DNA from: an uncultured Spirochaetota bacterium
Lineage (GTDB): Bacteria > Spirochaetota > Spirochaetia > SZUA-6 > Fen-1364
Length of the DNA stretch: 64,000 nucleotides
Assembly: GCA_963753085.1 (NCBI GenBank)
Contig: CAVWBF010000027.1
Span: 10,382-74,381, forward strand
Direction: 5' to 3'
Position 1 is the first letter of the stretch. Each line of letters opens with the position of its first letter. Made by a program: the position numbers and the translations under genes. The notes under the pieces were generated by a model, which was given only the letters and a program-made list of their open reading frames with translations, was not told the origin of the DNA and searched no databases. Below, in pieces: positions 9,602 through 17,316 of the stretch.

Positions 9602-10582
9602 ATGGACTACGTTCGATTGGGCAGAACCGGGCTCAAGGTCTCGCGGATCTGTCTGGGAACGATGACCTACGGGTCCTCGAAGTGGCACGACTGGGTGCTC
9701 GATGAGAAGGAAGCCCGGCCTTTCTACAAGAGGGCCATCGAGATGGGGATCACCTTTTTCGACACGGCGGATGTCTATTCTCTCGGCGTGAGCGAGGAAG
9801 TGACCGGGCGGGCCCTCAGGGAGTTCGCGAAGCGCGATGAGATCGTTGTTGCCACCAAGGTGTTCAACAGGATGGGGCAGGACCCGAACAACCACGGCCT
9901 TTCCCGCAGGCACATCATGGACGCCATCGACGCTTCCCTCAAACGGCTGGGGATGGAGTTCGTGGACCTGTACCAGATCCACCGGTGGGACCCCGAGACT
10001 CCCATCGAGGAGACCCTGGAAGCGCTGACGGATGTCGTTCGATCGGGGAAGGCGCGTTACATCGGGGCTTCCAGCATGTATGCCTGGCAGTTCGCGCGGG
10101 CACTCGGCATCTCGGAGATGAGGGGCTTGAGCCGCTTCGTTTCAATGCAAAACCACTACAACCTCGTATATCGGGAGGAGGAGCGGGAGATGATCCCGCT
10201 CTGCGTGGACCAGGGGATCGGGATCATTCCATGGAGCCCCCTGGCGCGGGGCTTCCTTGCCGGCAACCGGTCCCGCGACAAGGGTGGGGAGACGACGCGA
10301 AGCAGGTCTGACGATTTTGCTCATGGGATGTACTACCAGGAAGAGGACTTCGTGACCGTGGATCGCGTGGCCAAGGTGGCGAAAGATATGGGAAAAACGA
10401 TGCCGCAGGTGGCCCTGGCGTGGATGCTCTCCAAGCCGCATATCACGTCACCCATTGTCGGGGCGAGCAAGCTTCCCCACCTCGAGCAGGCCGTGGAGTC
10501 ACTTTCGATCAAGCTTGATCCGGACCAGGTCAGGTTCCTGGAGGAACCCTACCGACCGCATCGCGTGCTCGGGCACAGCTAG
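9602..10582 (+). CDS. Aldo/keto reductase
   Basis: MDYVRLGRTGLKVSRICLGTMTYG N-terminus typical of AKR. Start is ATG 9602, just after the SDR stop. Confidence 0.9.
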   Translation: MDYVRLGRTGLKVSRICLGTMTYGSSKWHDWVLDEKEARPFYKRAIEMGITFFDTADVYSLGVSEEVTGRALREFAKRDEIVVATKVFNRMGQDPNNHGLSRRHIMDAIDASLKRLGMEFVDLYQIHRWDPETPIEETLEALTDVVRSGKARYIGASSMYAWQFARALGISEMRGLSRFVSMQNHYNLVYREEEREMIPLCVDQGIGIIPWSPLARGFLAGNRSRDKGGETTRSRSDDFAHGMYYQEEDFVTVDRVAKVAKDMGKTMPQVALAWMLSKPHITSPIVGASKLPHLEQAVESLSIKLDPDQVRFLEEPYRPHRVLGHS

Positions 10583-10626
10583 GCAGGCGCAGCAGGGGAG
10601 GCGGGCGATCACGCGCAGGGCAGCGA

Positions 10627-11529
10627 TCACCTGCCCATGGCAAGCAGCTTCTCTGTCACCATCTGGTAGAGCCGACGCACGTCGGCGTCCGTCGTGTGGT
10701 ACCCCGTGCCGGTGGTCTGCTGACGCACGACCACGTACCCGTATTCCTTGTCGCCTCCCGGCTCCCTCACGAACTCATCGAATCCCATCGAGCTGAGCTT
10801 GTGGAAAGTGTCTCCCTTTCCGCGGCAGAGAAATACGGCGTACATGTAGGGAACGTTGCCGTTGGGGCCCTTGTTCACGGCCACCTGGAGCTGGACCCCG
10901 AGGAAATCAGTGGGCTTGCGACGGGGCTCCACCATGAGCCGGATGTCCTCCGGCACCTCGTGGCCGTCCTTTTCCTTGTCCAGCTTCAGGTACGGAGTGA
11001 TGATGATGTCTCCTCCCTCGGCCTGCTCGGTTTCGAGGATCGGCTCGAAGACACGCATGCGGAAGGCGAGCTCCTGCGGGGTCCAGAGCATCACGTTGCC
11101 GGTGAGAAGGAACGGGATGAGCAGCACGAAGGCATCGAAGCAGACGAGGGCCGCGAACGGCCGGTCGCTCATGATCAGGACGAGGCTTGCGATGGCGAGC
11201 ACGACGGCAATGAACCACCCGAACCCCGGCCGATAGATCACGGAGAACCGCTTCTGGCGGGTGAGCTCGAGGTTGCTCCTGATCCGGTCGTATTCCCTGA
11301 CGGACGCCGGCTGCCAATCCTCCTGTCCGATGTCCATTGGCTTGTTACGGAAGCTGCGCGCGGACACGAAAAGCAATCCGGGGATCATGAGCGCGATTCC
11401 GGCAACAAAGCCAAACTCAGGCAGAAGGACCTGGATGGCGAATCCCAGGACGGCAAAGCCGGCAAAAATGAACAGCCGGGCGGGAAAAACGACACGCGGA
11501 ATGACGTAACGCATCTCCATCTCTCGCAC
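10627..11529 (-). CDS. Membrane protein of unknown function (about 4 TM helices plus a soluble C-terminal domain), last gene of the rSAM operon
   Basis: 300-aa ORF with hydrophobic helices in the first about 150 aa. Only 6 nt separate it from the rSAM stop. No family recognised. Confidence 0.6.
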   Translation of the reverse strand: MREMEMRYVIPRVVFPARLFIFAGFAVLGFAIQVLLPEFGFVAGIALMIPGLLFVSARSFRNKPMDIGQEDWQPASVREYDRIRSNLELTRQKRFSVIYRPGFGWFIAVVLAIASLVLIMSDRPFAALVCFDAFVLLIPFLLTGNVMLWTPQELAFRMRVFEPILETEQAEGGDIIITPYLKLDKEKDGHEVPEDIRLMVEPRRKPTDFLGVQLQVAVNKGPNGNVPYMYAVFLCRGKGDTFHKLSSMGFDEFVREPGGDKEYGYVVVRQQTTGTGYHTTDADVRRLYQMVTEKLLAMGR

Positions 11530-11535
11530 CCTCCG

Positions 11536-12927
11536 TCACCGCTCGGCGCCCACTGCCGCGCGGTTGGCGTTCCTGATCTCCGCAGTTCCGACCTGTCTCC
11601 AGTACAGGGGACAGGCAGCCTGGCAGGCGACAAAGCTTTCACAACCGGCACACTCCGGCGGCGCGTACCGCTTCTGCTTGAACACCTGAGCCCGGTCGGA
11701 GAACCAGATCCGCCGAAAATCCGTTTCCAGCAGGTTGCCCATGGGCTCGGGGTACGAGGAGCAGGGCAGCACGTCACCGGCGGGAGACACGGAGAGCAGG
11801 CCGTCCATAGCCGCGCAGGACTTGTTGCCGAGCCCGTGCGCAATGGTGTTGTAGTGGCAGTGGGGGATGGGCGAGTACCAGAAAAAGACAAGTCCTTCGG
11901 CTCGGGCGGCCGCGCGAACAGCGTCGATGACTGAGCCGGCGCGCGCGTAGGGAACGAGAAGCTCGTCATCATGGGTCGCGCTTGTCGAGCTGCGGCCGTC
12001 ACGCTGGCCGACCGGAATGTAGAGGTTCATCGCAAAGCGCGTCACCCCAAGACCCTTGAGGAAGGCCGGCATGAGTGGGGCATCTGCGCTCGTGAAAGCT
12101 GTGACCGTTGTGTTCGTCTGGACGGAGATGCCGGCGTCCCTGAGGTTCCTGATTCCCTGGAGCGTGCGCTGCCAGGATCCTGGTCGCCGGGTGAGATGAT
12201 CGTGGGCCTGCGCGCGCGGGCTTTCCAGGCTGACCTGCGCGGTTCGAAGCCCGGCGCGAAAAAGGCTGCGGGCGCGGGGAGCGTCAGCGAGGGTCCCGTT
12301 CGTCACGAGGTTCACCTGGAGGCCGAGGCTCCGCGCCTGGCGAATCATCTCTTCAAGGTCCGCGCGGAGAAGCGGCTCTCCGCCGGTGAACGAAAAGAAC
12401 GGGATGCGGGCATCTTCCTTGAATACACGGAGGATCCGCTTCAAATCGGCAAGGCTCATCTCCCGCCCGTCTCTTCCCGACACCGCGCGCGGCGTGCCGG
12501 CGGTAACCTCTTCCCCACAGCCTGCGTAGCAGAACCTGCATGCGTTGTTGCAGCGCCAGGTGACGGCAATCTCCCCGAGGATGGGAAGCTGCGTGAAATG
12601 GAAAGTGTAGGGGACGGTCTCAAGCGGGGAGGCATCACCAGGCTCCCCCAGGTACAGGGCGCGAAGGCTCGACACGAATGCGGCGACCTGGCGCGCGCGC
12701 TCGGCAACAGCAATGCCCGGGATGTCTTTCACCTTTCCGCCGGCGATCATGTGACGGACGATGGCAATTCCCGTTTCGTTGGCCTTGTAGACCTGGTTGG
12801 GAGGAAGAACGACCACCCCGTCCTCCTGCCGGGCGAATATGTGGTTCCCTGCCTCGCGGAAAAACGCATCCACCCACCGGAGGGAGTCGACGCCGGCAGC
12901 TTCCTGCTTTCGGGATGCTCTGCTCAA
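11536..12927 (-). CDS. Radical SAM enzyme with SPASM-type C-terminal domain and PqqD/RRE-like N-terminal segment (peptide/protein-modifying maturase)
   Basis: WRCNNACRFCYAGC (CxxxCxxC) and a C-terminal Cys cluster (CAAMDG..PCSS..CAGCESFVACQAACP). The N-terminal stretch HIFARQEDGVVVLPPNQVYKANETGIAIVRHMIAG resembles an RRE. TTG 12927 overlaps the upstream stop (TTGA); GTG 12873 is an alternative. The ORF-track N-terminus up to 13296 overlaps the upstream gene and is discarded. Confidence 0.85.
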   Translation of the reverse strand: MSRASRKQEAAGVDSLRWVDAFFREAGNHIFARQEDGVVVLPPNQVYKANETGIAIVRHMIAGGKVKDIPGIAVAERARQVAAFVSSLRALYLGEPGDASPLETVPYTFHFTQLPILGEIAVTWRCNNACRFCYAGCGEEVTAGTPRAVSGRDGREMSLADLKRILRVFKEDARIPFFSFTGGEPLLRADLEEMIRQARSLGLQVNLVTNGTLADAPRARSLFRAGLRTAQVSLESPRAQAHDHLTRRPGSWQRTLQGIRNLRDAGISVQTNTTVTAFTSADAPLMPAFLKGLGVTRFAMNLYIPVGQRDGRSSTSATHDDELLVPYARAGSVIDAVRAAARAEGLVFFWYSPIPHCHYNTIAHGLGNKSCAAMDGLLSVSPAGDVLPCSSYPEPMGNLLETDFRRIWFSDRAQVFKQKRYAPPECAGCESFVACQAACPLYWRQVGTAEIRNANRAAVGAER

Positions 12928-14588
12928 TGAGCGCCCCCCGAGACGCACGCGGAGTGACATGCGGAATGGCATGCCGAATGGCACGCGGAGTGACAGGCGT
13001 GGTGGCAGGCGGAATGGCACGCGTTGTGACACGCCGAGTAGCAGGCGCCGACTCCGCCGGTGACTGCCTGGGGCGGAGCGAAACAGCCCTTGAAGCAGGA
13101 CGCGGAGGCCATGAATGTCCTGTAATCCGCGGAGAAGTCGTGCGGAAGATGCACCTGCGAGTAGACCGCCGTGTTCCAGAAGATCCATCGGTAGGAGGAC
13201 CAGTACCAGAAATACGGCTCGGCCCTGTCCTGATCTGTTTCCTCGCGCTGCTCCAGCTTCTTCCTGTAGAACTCCTTCGTGGCATCGATGTCGCAATCCC
13301 AGACCTTCTCCTGGAGCTTTGCCAGGACTTTTTCAAAGAAGTCGGCAAGAAGCCCTGAAAGCACCGCTCCCCGCGTATCGAAGGATTGGAGGAAAAGCTC
13401 CTCGTACTCGTGCTCCGCTTTTCGCACGGTCAGGATTTTTATCAGGAGGGGATCCTCGGAAACGACGTCGATGATGCCCTGGCGCTTGAGGCCTTCCAGC
13501 ATGATGGCAACGACTTTCTGCAGCGGCATCTCCAGGAGAAGGGCCGCTTCCACGGGATGCAGGTCCTTTATCACTTTTCCCTTGACCTGATAGGTGCCGC
13601 CATAGAGCTTGGGCGGGATCCAATTGTCTCCTGCCCAGCGGATTCCCTGGACCTTTTCCATGGTCCTTCCATACCCACGTGCCTTGAGGATGTAGAGGAT
13701 GAGGACAGCAGCCAGGAGGACGGCAAAGACCGCTGCCATTGCCGGCAGGCTCATCCTCGCGGCTGAGGCAGCCGTAGTGGTCCCTCCGGTCGATGGGGCC
13801 GCGCTGCCGGCAGCACCGGGGGCCGTACCGCCTGTGGCACCTGGAGCGGCCCCGGCAGCGCTTGAGCTGAAGAGGACTCCAGCCTGCATCGGAACAGCGG
13901 ATTTTTTGAGGTAGAACTGCAGCCGCTGGGCCTGTCGAGCGGAGACCTTTTCCTGGTTGAATCTCAAGGTCAGGTAGTACGCGCCGTCGGTTCCCTTTGT
14001 CCCGAAAGCATCGATGCTGTTTTCCCGGTTGACGAAGGCTTCTGTTCGAAAACCGAGCCTGTCCAGCTGCTCGGGCGACACCTTCGCTCCCGCCACGACG
14101 ATGGGAAAGACGATCCTGACGGTGCGGTGCTCCAGGGGCTCGTCCCATTGCTCGGGTGCCCAGTCGAAGTAGAACAGCTCTCCGTAATCAGCCGAGGTGG
14201 TCCAGCCGATCAGGTGTGCCGCGGCCAGGTCCCCTCCGTAGGCAAGAAAGTACATGGCCGTGCCGGTGAATGCCTGTCCGCCGGCAAGCACCACGTCGTA
14301 CCTGCCGTCCCCCAGGTCGGTGATGGTCAGGCCGACGCGCCTGTTCCCTCCGAGGTCCGCAAAGCACTGCTTGAAGTTGAACACGGGGGTGACAGCGGCG
14401 CCCTGGAAATAGAACCCGTGCATCTGTCCGCCCGCGGCCTCCCAGTCGAGGCTCTCATAGAAATCCGCCTTCCCGTCCGCGCGGACAACGACATCCATTT
14501 CCACGGATCTCAGGTCTGCCGTAACCGCGAAAGCGACGAGCCTGCCGACCGAGAGCGCGAGGAAGCATGCCAGAAGAGTCTTTTTCAT
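12924..14588 (-). CDS. DUF2207-like single-pass membrane protein with a C-terminal CXXX (ACHS)n cysteine-repeat tail
   Basis: Signal peptide (MKKTLLACFLALSVGRLVAFA), about 210-aa ectodomain, Ala/Gly/Thr-rich linker, TM helix (MSLPAMAAVFAVLLAAVLILYIL), about 240-aa C-terminal domain ending GACYSACHNACHSACHHACHSACHSACHSACHSACVSGGAH. ATGA overlap with the upstream gene. Confidence 0.8.
   Translation of the reverse strand: MKKTLLACFLALSVGRLVAFAVTADLRSVEMDVVVRADGKADFYESLDWEAAGGQMHGFYFQGAAVTPVFNFKQCFADLGGNRRVGLTITDLGDGRYDVVLAGGQAFTGTAMYFLAYGGDLAAAHLIGWTTSADYGELFYFDWAPEQWDEPLEHRTVRIVFPIVVAGAKVSPEQLDRLGFRTEAFVNRENSIDAFGTKGTDGAYYLTLRFNQEKVSARQAQRLQFYLKKSAVPMQAGVLFSSSAAGAAPGATGGTAPGAAGSAAPSTGGTTTAASAARMSLPAMAAVFAVLLAAVLILYILKARGYGRTMEKVQGIRWAGDNWIPPKLYGGTYQVKGKVIKDLHPVEAALLLEMPLQKVVAIMLEGLKRQGIIDVVSEDPLLIKILTVRKAEHEYEELFLQSFDTRGAVLSGLLADFFEKVLAKLQEKVWDCDIDATKEFYRKKLEQREETDQDRAEPYFWYWSSYRWIFWNTAVYSQVHLPHDFSADYRTFMASASCFKGCFAPPQAVTGGVGACYSACHNACHSACHHACHSACHSACHSACHSACVSGGAH
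12939..13046 (-). repeat. Coding 12-nt tandem repeat (about 8 units) encoding A-C-H-S
   Basis: Units read codon by codon. Cys alternates tgc/tgt, His cat/cac, Ser tcc/tcg, and Ala gcg/gca/gcc. Confidence 0.85.
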
Positions 14589-15224
14589 TTCTTGTCTTCC
14601 AGTTCCTTCGAGATCGAGAGGCGCTGGCCGTCACTCACTCCGAGCAGGTCCTCCACGGTCCTTTCCCGGATCACACGGGCGCAGTCCATGATGTCGCCGG
14701 GCAAAACCCTCCGCCGCTTCATCCGAGGCCGCGCCGCTGCTGCCGGGAACGCCGTAGCGGCGACCCGTCGACTCCTCGTCCCGCTCACCGAGGAAGACCT
14801 GGCATATCTCGAGCACCCTCTCGATCCTTTCGTTTGCCAGGGGCGAATAGCTGGAAAGCTCGCGACATTTTTCGAGGTATGAGCCGGACTCCTGGAGGAA
14901 ATACTCGATGGCTCTGGCCAGTCGCTCGTTGCCCAGCCTCAACACGGAGATGCGCTCGCGGACCCTTTCCACCTCCGCTGTCCTGGCTCGAGTCCTGGCC
15001 AGCCGATCCTGCTCGCTTTCCCTGACGATCTCCCTGGCTCCACGGCGTGAAAAGAAGACGGCTGTGGTGACCCCTGCATAGACAATGATGACCACGATGA
15101 CGGGGGCCAGTGAATGCTCTCTCAGAAATGCGACGGCCAGGGCTGCGAGAACAGCCGCTCCAAGGGCCAGCGTCAGGGACAGCCGGGACCGCAGGTACAG
15201 GGAAAACGGATTCTTCGGGGGCAT
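14585..15224 (-). pseudogene. Two-TM coiled-coil protein (XpaC-like), split over two frames (apparent frameshift or indel error)
   Basis: Frame A (14631-15224) has two TM helices and an AIEYFLQESGSYLEKCREL region, then degenerates. Frame B (14585-14788) gives a plausible C-terminus ending ...SISKELEDKK whose stop overlaps the next start (ATGA). A switch is possible at the A/T homopolymer near 14702-14707. Confidence 0.5.
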
Positions 15225-15292
15225 TTGCCCCTACTGTGCATCCCGGCTCAGGGAATTGTCAATGGATTCACGATTTCATGGCGTGGAGCCGT

Positions 15293-16015
15293 TTACTGCA
15301 GCAGGTAACCGAGCCCCATGGCCCGGTAGAGCTGGCCCGCGAGCCAGCGGGCCGGGTGGGGCCGTCCCGGAACGGCAAGGCGAAGCGGCGAGTTGACCAC
15401 CTTCAGGCTGCCGTTCTCCATCCTGTTCTGGATGTTGGGGCTTTCCAGGTTCATGTAATCAATGGTGATCCCCCGGCGGATGTGGTAGTGCACGTAGGCG
15501 ATGGTCCCTGAAGGGTCCACGCTGACCACCATGCCCATGTGGGAGAGAGGGTTGTCCCACCCGTTGTAGCCGTTTTCGTCGTACGTATTGTCCCAGAAGA
15601 TGATGTCTCCCGAGAGCGGGTGGGCCGTCGTGTAGAGAAGGTCGCGGCGCTGAAGCGTCTGGTAGATCCGCGACACGCCGGTTCCCCTGAGCCGGGGGAA
15701 ATCCTTCGACAGGTCGATGCCCGCATACCAGTAGATGGCGAGGACCGTTCCCGTGCAGTCCATCGTGAACCTGCGGCCGCGGATGAGCAGCTCGTTCCTT
15801 CCCAGCACGGCGTGAGCGCCCTGGACGAGCTTGTCCCTCAGGGCGATCACGGCGGGATCTTCCGTGGCGCGCACCGGGGCAGGCTGGGTCCGGACAGCCG
15901 GTCCGGACCATGAGACTGGCCGCGCGAGGCCTTCCGGCTGGTAGGTGGCGCAGGAGGCCAGGAAGGCGGAGAAGGCGAGGAGGAGTAGCAGCGCGGCCAC
16001 CAGGTATGAACGCAT
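15293..16015 (-). CDS. NlpC/P60-like cysteine peptidase lipoprotein
   Basis: Lipobox (FLASC), a DCTGTV motif analogous to the NlpC/P60 catalytic Cys, and downstream His residues. 240 aa. Confidence 0.7.
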   Translation of the reverse strand: MRSYLVAALLLLLAFSAFLASCATYQPEGLARPVSWSGPAVRTQPAPVRATEDPAVIALRDKLVQGAHAVLGRNELLIRGRRFTMDCTGTVLAIYWYAGIDLSKDFPRLRGTGVSRIYQTLQRRDLLYTTAHPLSGDIIFWDNTYDENGYNGWDNPLSHMGMVVSVDPSGTIAYVHYHIRRGITIDYMNLESPNIQNRMENGSLKVVNSPLRLAVPGRPHPARWLAGQLYRAMGLGYLLQ

Positions 16016-16420
16016 CTATCCCTTTCCCGCGAAGTATTGCTTCATGGGCGCAAAATAGTAATCCACCCATCCCTGGCGATAGCTGGCCCCCTGGCCGGGG
16101 GGGATCTCGGTCTGGACCACGGTGATCCGCGTTCCACCCTTTGCCTTTTCCAGAATCACCTCGAGACGGGAATCCGGAGCGTCCTCGGGGAACTCGGTGG
16201 TCCGCCAGGACTGCACGATCCTGCGCCGCGGATCGAGCTCCAGTGTCTTTCCCCACATGTAGCCGCCGCCGGCCGTGAACGGACCTCCGACTCGAGCGCT
16301 GATCTTTGCTGCAGGGGTGTTGGTCATCTCACCGTGCTCCTTGCCGCTCAGCCATGCCTTGTACACGTCTTCCGGGGCTGCCGGGATCACGGCTGAGACC
16401 TTGAGCGAGTCGGGCTTCAT
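16016..16420 (-). CDS. SRPBCC-superfamily protein (AHSA1/START-like)
   Basis: MKPDSLKVSAVIPAAPEDVYKAW... resembles AHSA1-type SRPBCC proteins. Start moved to ATG 16420. Confidence 0.75.
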   Translation of the reverse strand: MKPDSLKVSAVIPAAPEDVYKAWLSGKEHGEMTNTPAAKISARVGGPFTAGGGYMWGKTLELDPRRRIVQSWRTTEFPEDAPDSRLEVILEKAKGGTRITVVQTEIPPGQGASYRQGWVDYYFAPMKQYFAGKG

Positions 16421-16525
16421 TCGGAACCCCCCTTTTTCACGACGCCCCACTTCCAATGATATCGTAGCGGAGCGCGCTCTCCATTGCAAACTCCGAGTGC
16501 AAACCCCACGCCCCTGGTCCCGACG

Positions 16526-17209
16526 CTACAGGGCGGCCCGGATCCTTTCCACATTATCCGTGATGATGATCCGGGCAAACCGCCGAACCAGGCCCACCTC
16601 CTCCCTGCTGTTGACGGTCCAGAAAGCCAGGGAAAACCCGAATGCCCGCAGGAGCCCGGTCATGCCCAGCGCTCGGAGCTTTCCCAGGACCTCGAACATC
16701 TGTATCGGCAGGTTGACGTAGTCAGGCCTGAGCCCTGAGATCATGCGTGCCATCCCCGCCACGCCGAGCCCCGCGGCCTCCTGGCCCAGGAGGAGCCCGA
16801 TGGGAAAGCCACGCGCCTTGAAAAACGAAAGCAGCCGGGGCTCGAATGATGACACCATGATCGGGCCGGGAGCGGGTCTGAGCGACAGCGCATTCCCGAT
16901 GGGTCCGCAGTCCGCGGGGGTCAGGGTGTCCGATTTCAGCTCGAGGTTGAGAAAGGCGCCGGGCGGAAGCAGGGCGAGCATCTCTTCCAGCCGGGGAGGT
17001 TTTTCTTCGTCGAAAGAGGCGGAGGGTGGATCGTGAAGCATCACGTACGAGCTGTCGGAGGCTTTCTGAACGTCGCACTCTATGCCGTCCGCTCCCGCAT
17101 CGAAGGCCGCGCGGAAGGCGGCCAGCGAGTTTTCGGGATGCACCGAATGTGCCCCACGGTGCGCAAGGATGATGGGCCTGGCTCTCCTGCTCACGCGGTA
17201 CTCTGGCAC
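16526..17209 (-). CDS. Glycerophosphodiester phosphodiesterase (GDPD family)
   Basis: ILAHRGAHSVHPENSLAAFRAAFDAGADGIECDVQ signature. The longest ORF reaches 17299 but would cover the divergent promoter, so an internal GTG (17209 or 17194) is preferred. Start is uncertain. Confidence 0.75.
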   Translation of the reverse strand: MPEYRVSRRARPIILAHRGAHSVHPENSLAAFRAAFDAGADGIECDVQKASDSSYVMLHDPPSASFDEEKPPRLEEMLALLPPGAFLNLELKSDTLTPADCGPIGNALSLRPAPGPIMVSSFEPRLLSFFKARGFPIGLLLGQEAAGLGVAGMARMISGLRPDYVNLPIQMFEVLGKLRALGMTGLLRAFGFSLAFWTVNSREEVGLVRRFARIIITDNVERIRAAL

Positions 17210-17261
17210 GTCCCTGCGGCCTGGTGTCAATCCGCGCTCGTCGCGGCGCGGGATCCTTTTG

Positions 17262-17290
17262 TTGACACCTCGCCGGGCCGCCCCCATAAT
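17262..17290 (+). promoter_or_regulatory. Sigma-70-like promoter for the GPH transporter gene
   Basis: TTGACA (17262-17267), 17-nt spacer, CATAAT (17285-17290). GGAAGGGGGA RBS and ATG 17317 lie downstream. Confidence 0.55.
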
Positions 17291-17316
17291 CGGCATCATC
17301 GGAAGGGGGAATCGGA

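Noticed and set aside
12939-13046. Reading the Cys/His tail as a His-Xaa-Ser (Hxs) repeat system
   Set aside because: The register is C-H-S-A (Cys every fourth residue), not H-x-S. Only one radical SAM gene is present, whereas I recall that system having a pair of maturases. The CXXX-repeat interpretation fits better.
12635-13358. ORFs 12635-13348 (-), 12678-13358 (+), 12797-13063 (+) and the N-terminal extension of the rSAM ORF up to 13296
   Set aside because: They overlap the 3' end of the 554-aa membrane-protein gene in other frames. The rSAM start was moved to TTG 12927 or GTG 12873, just after that gene's stop.
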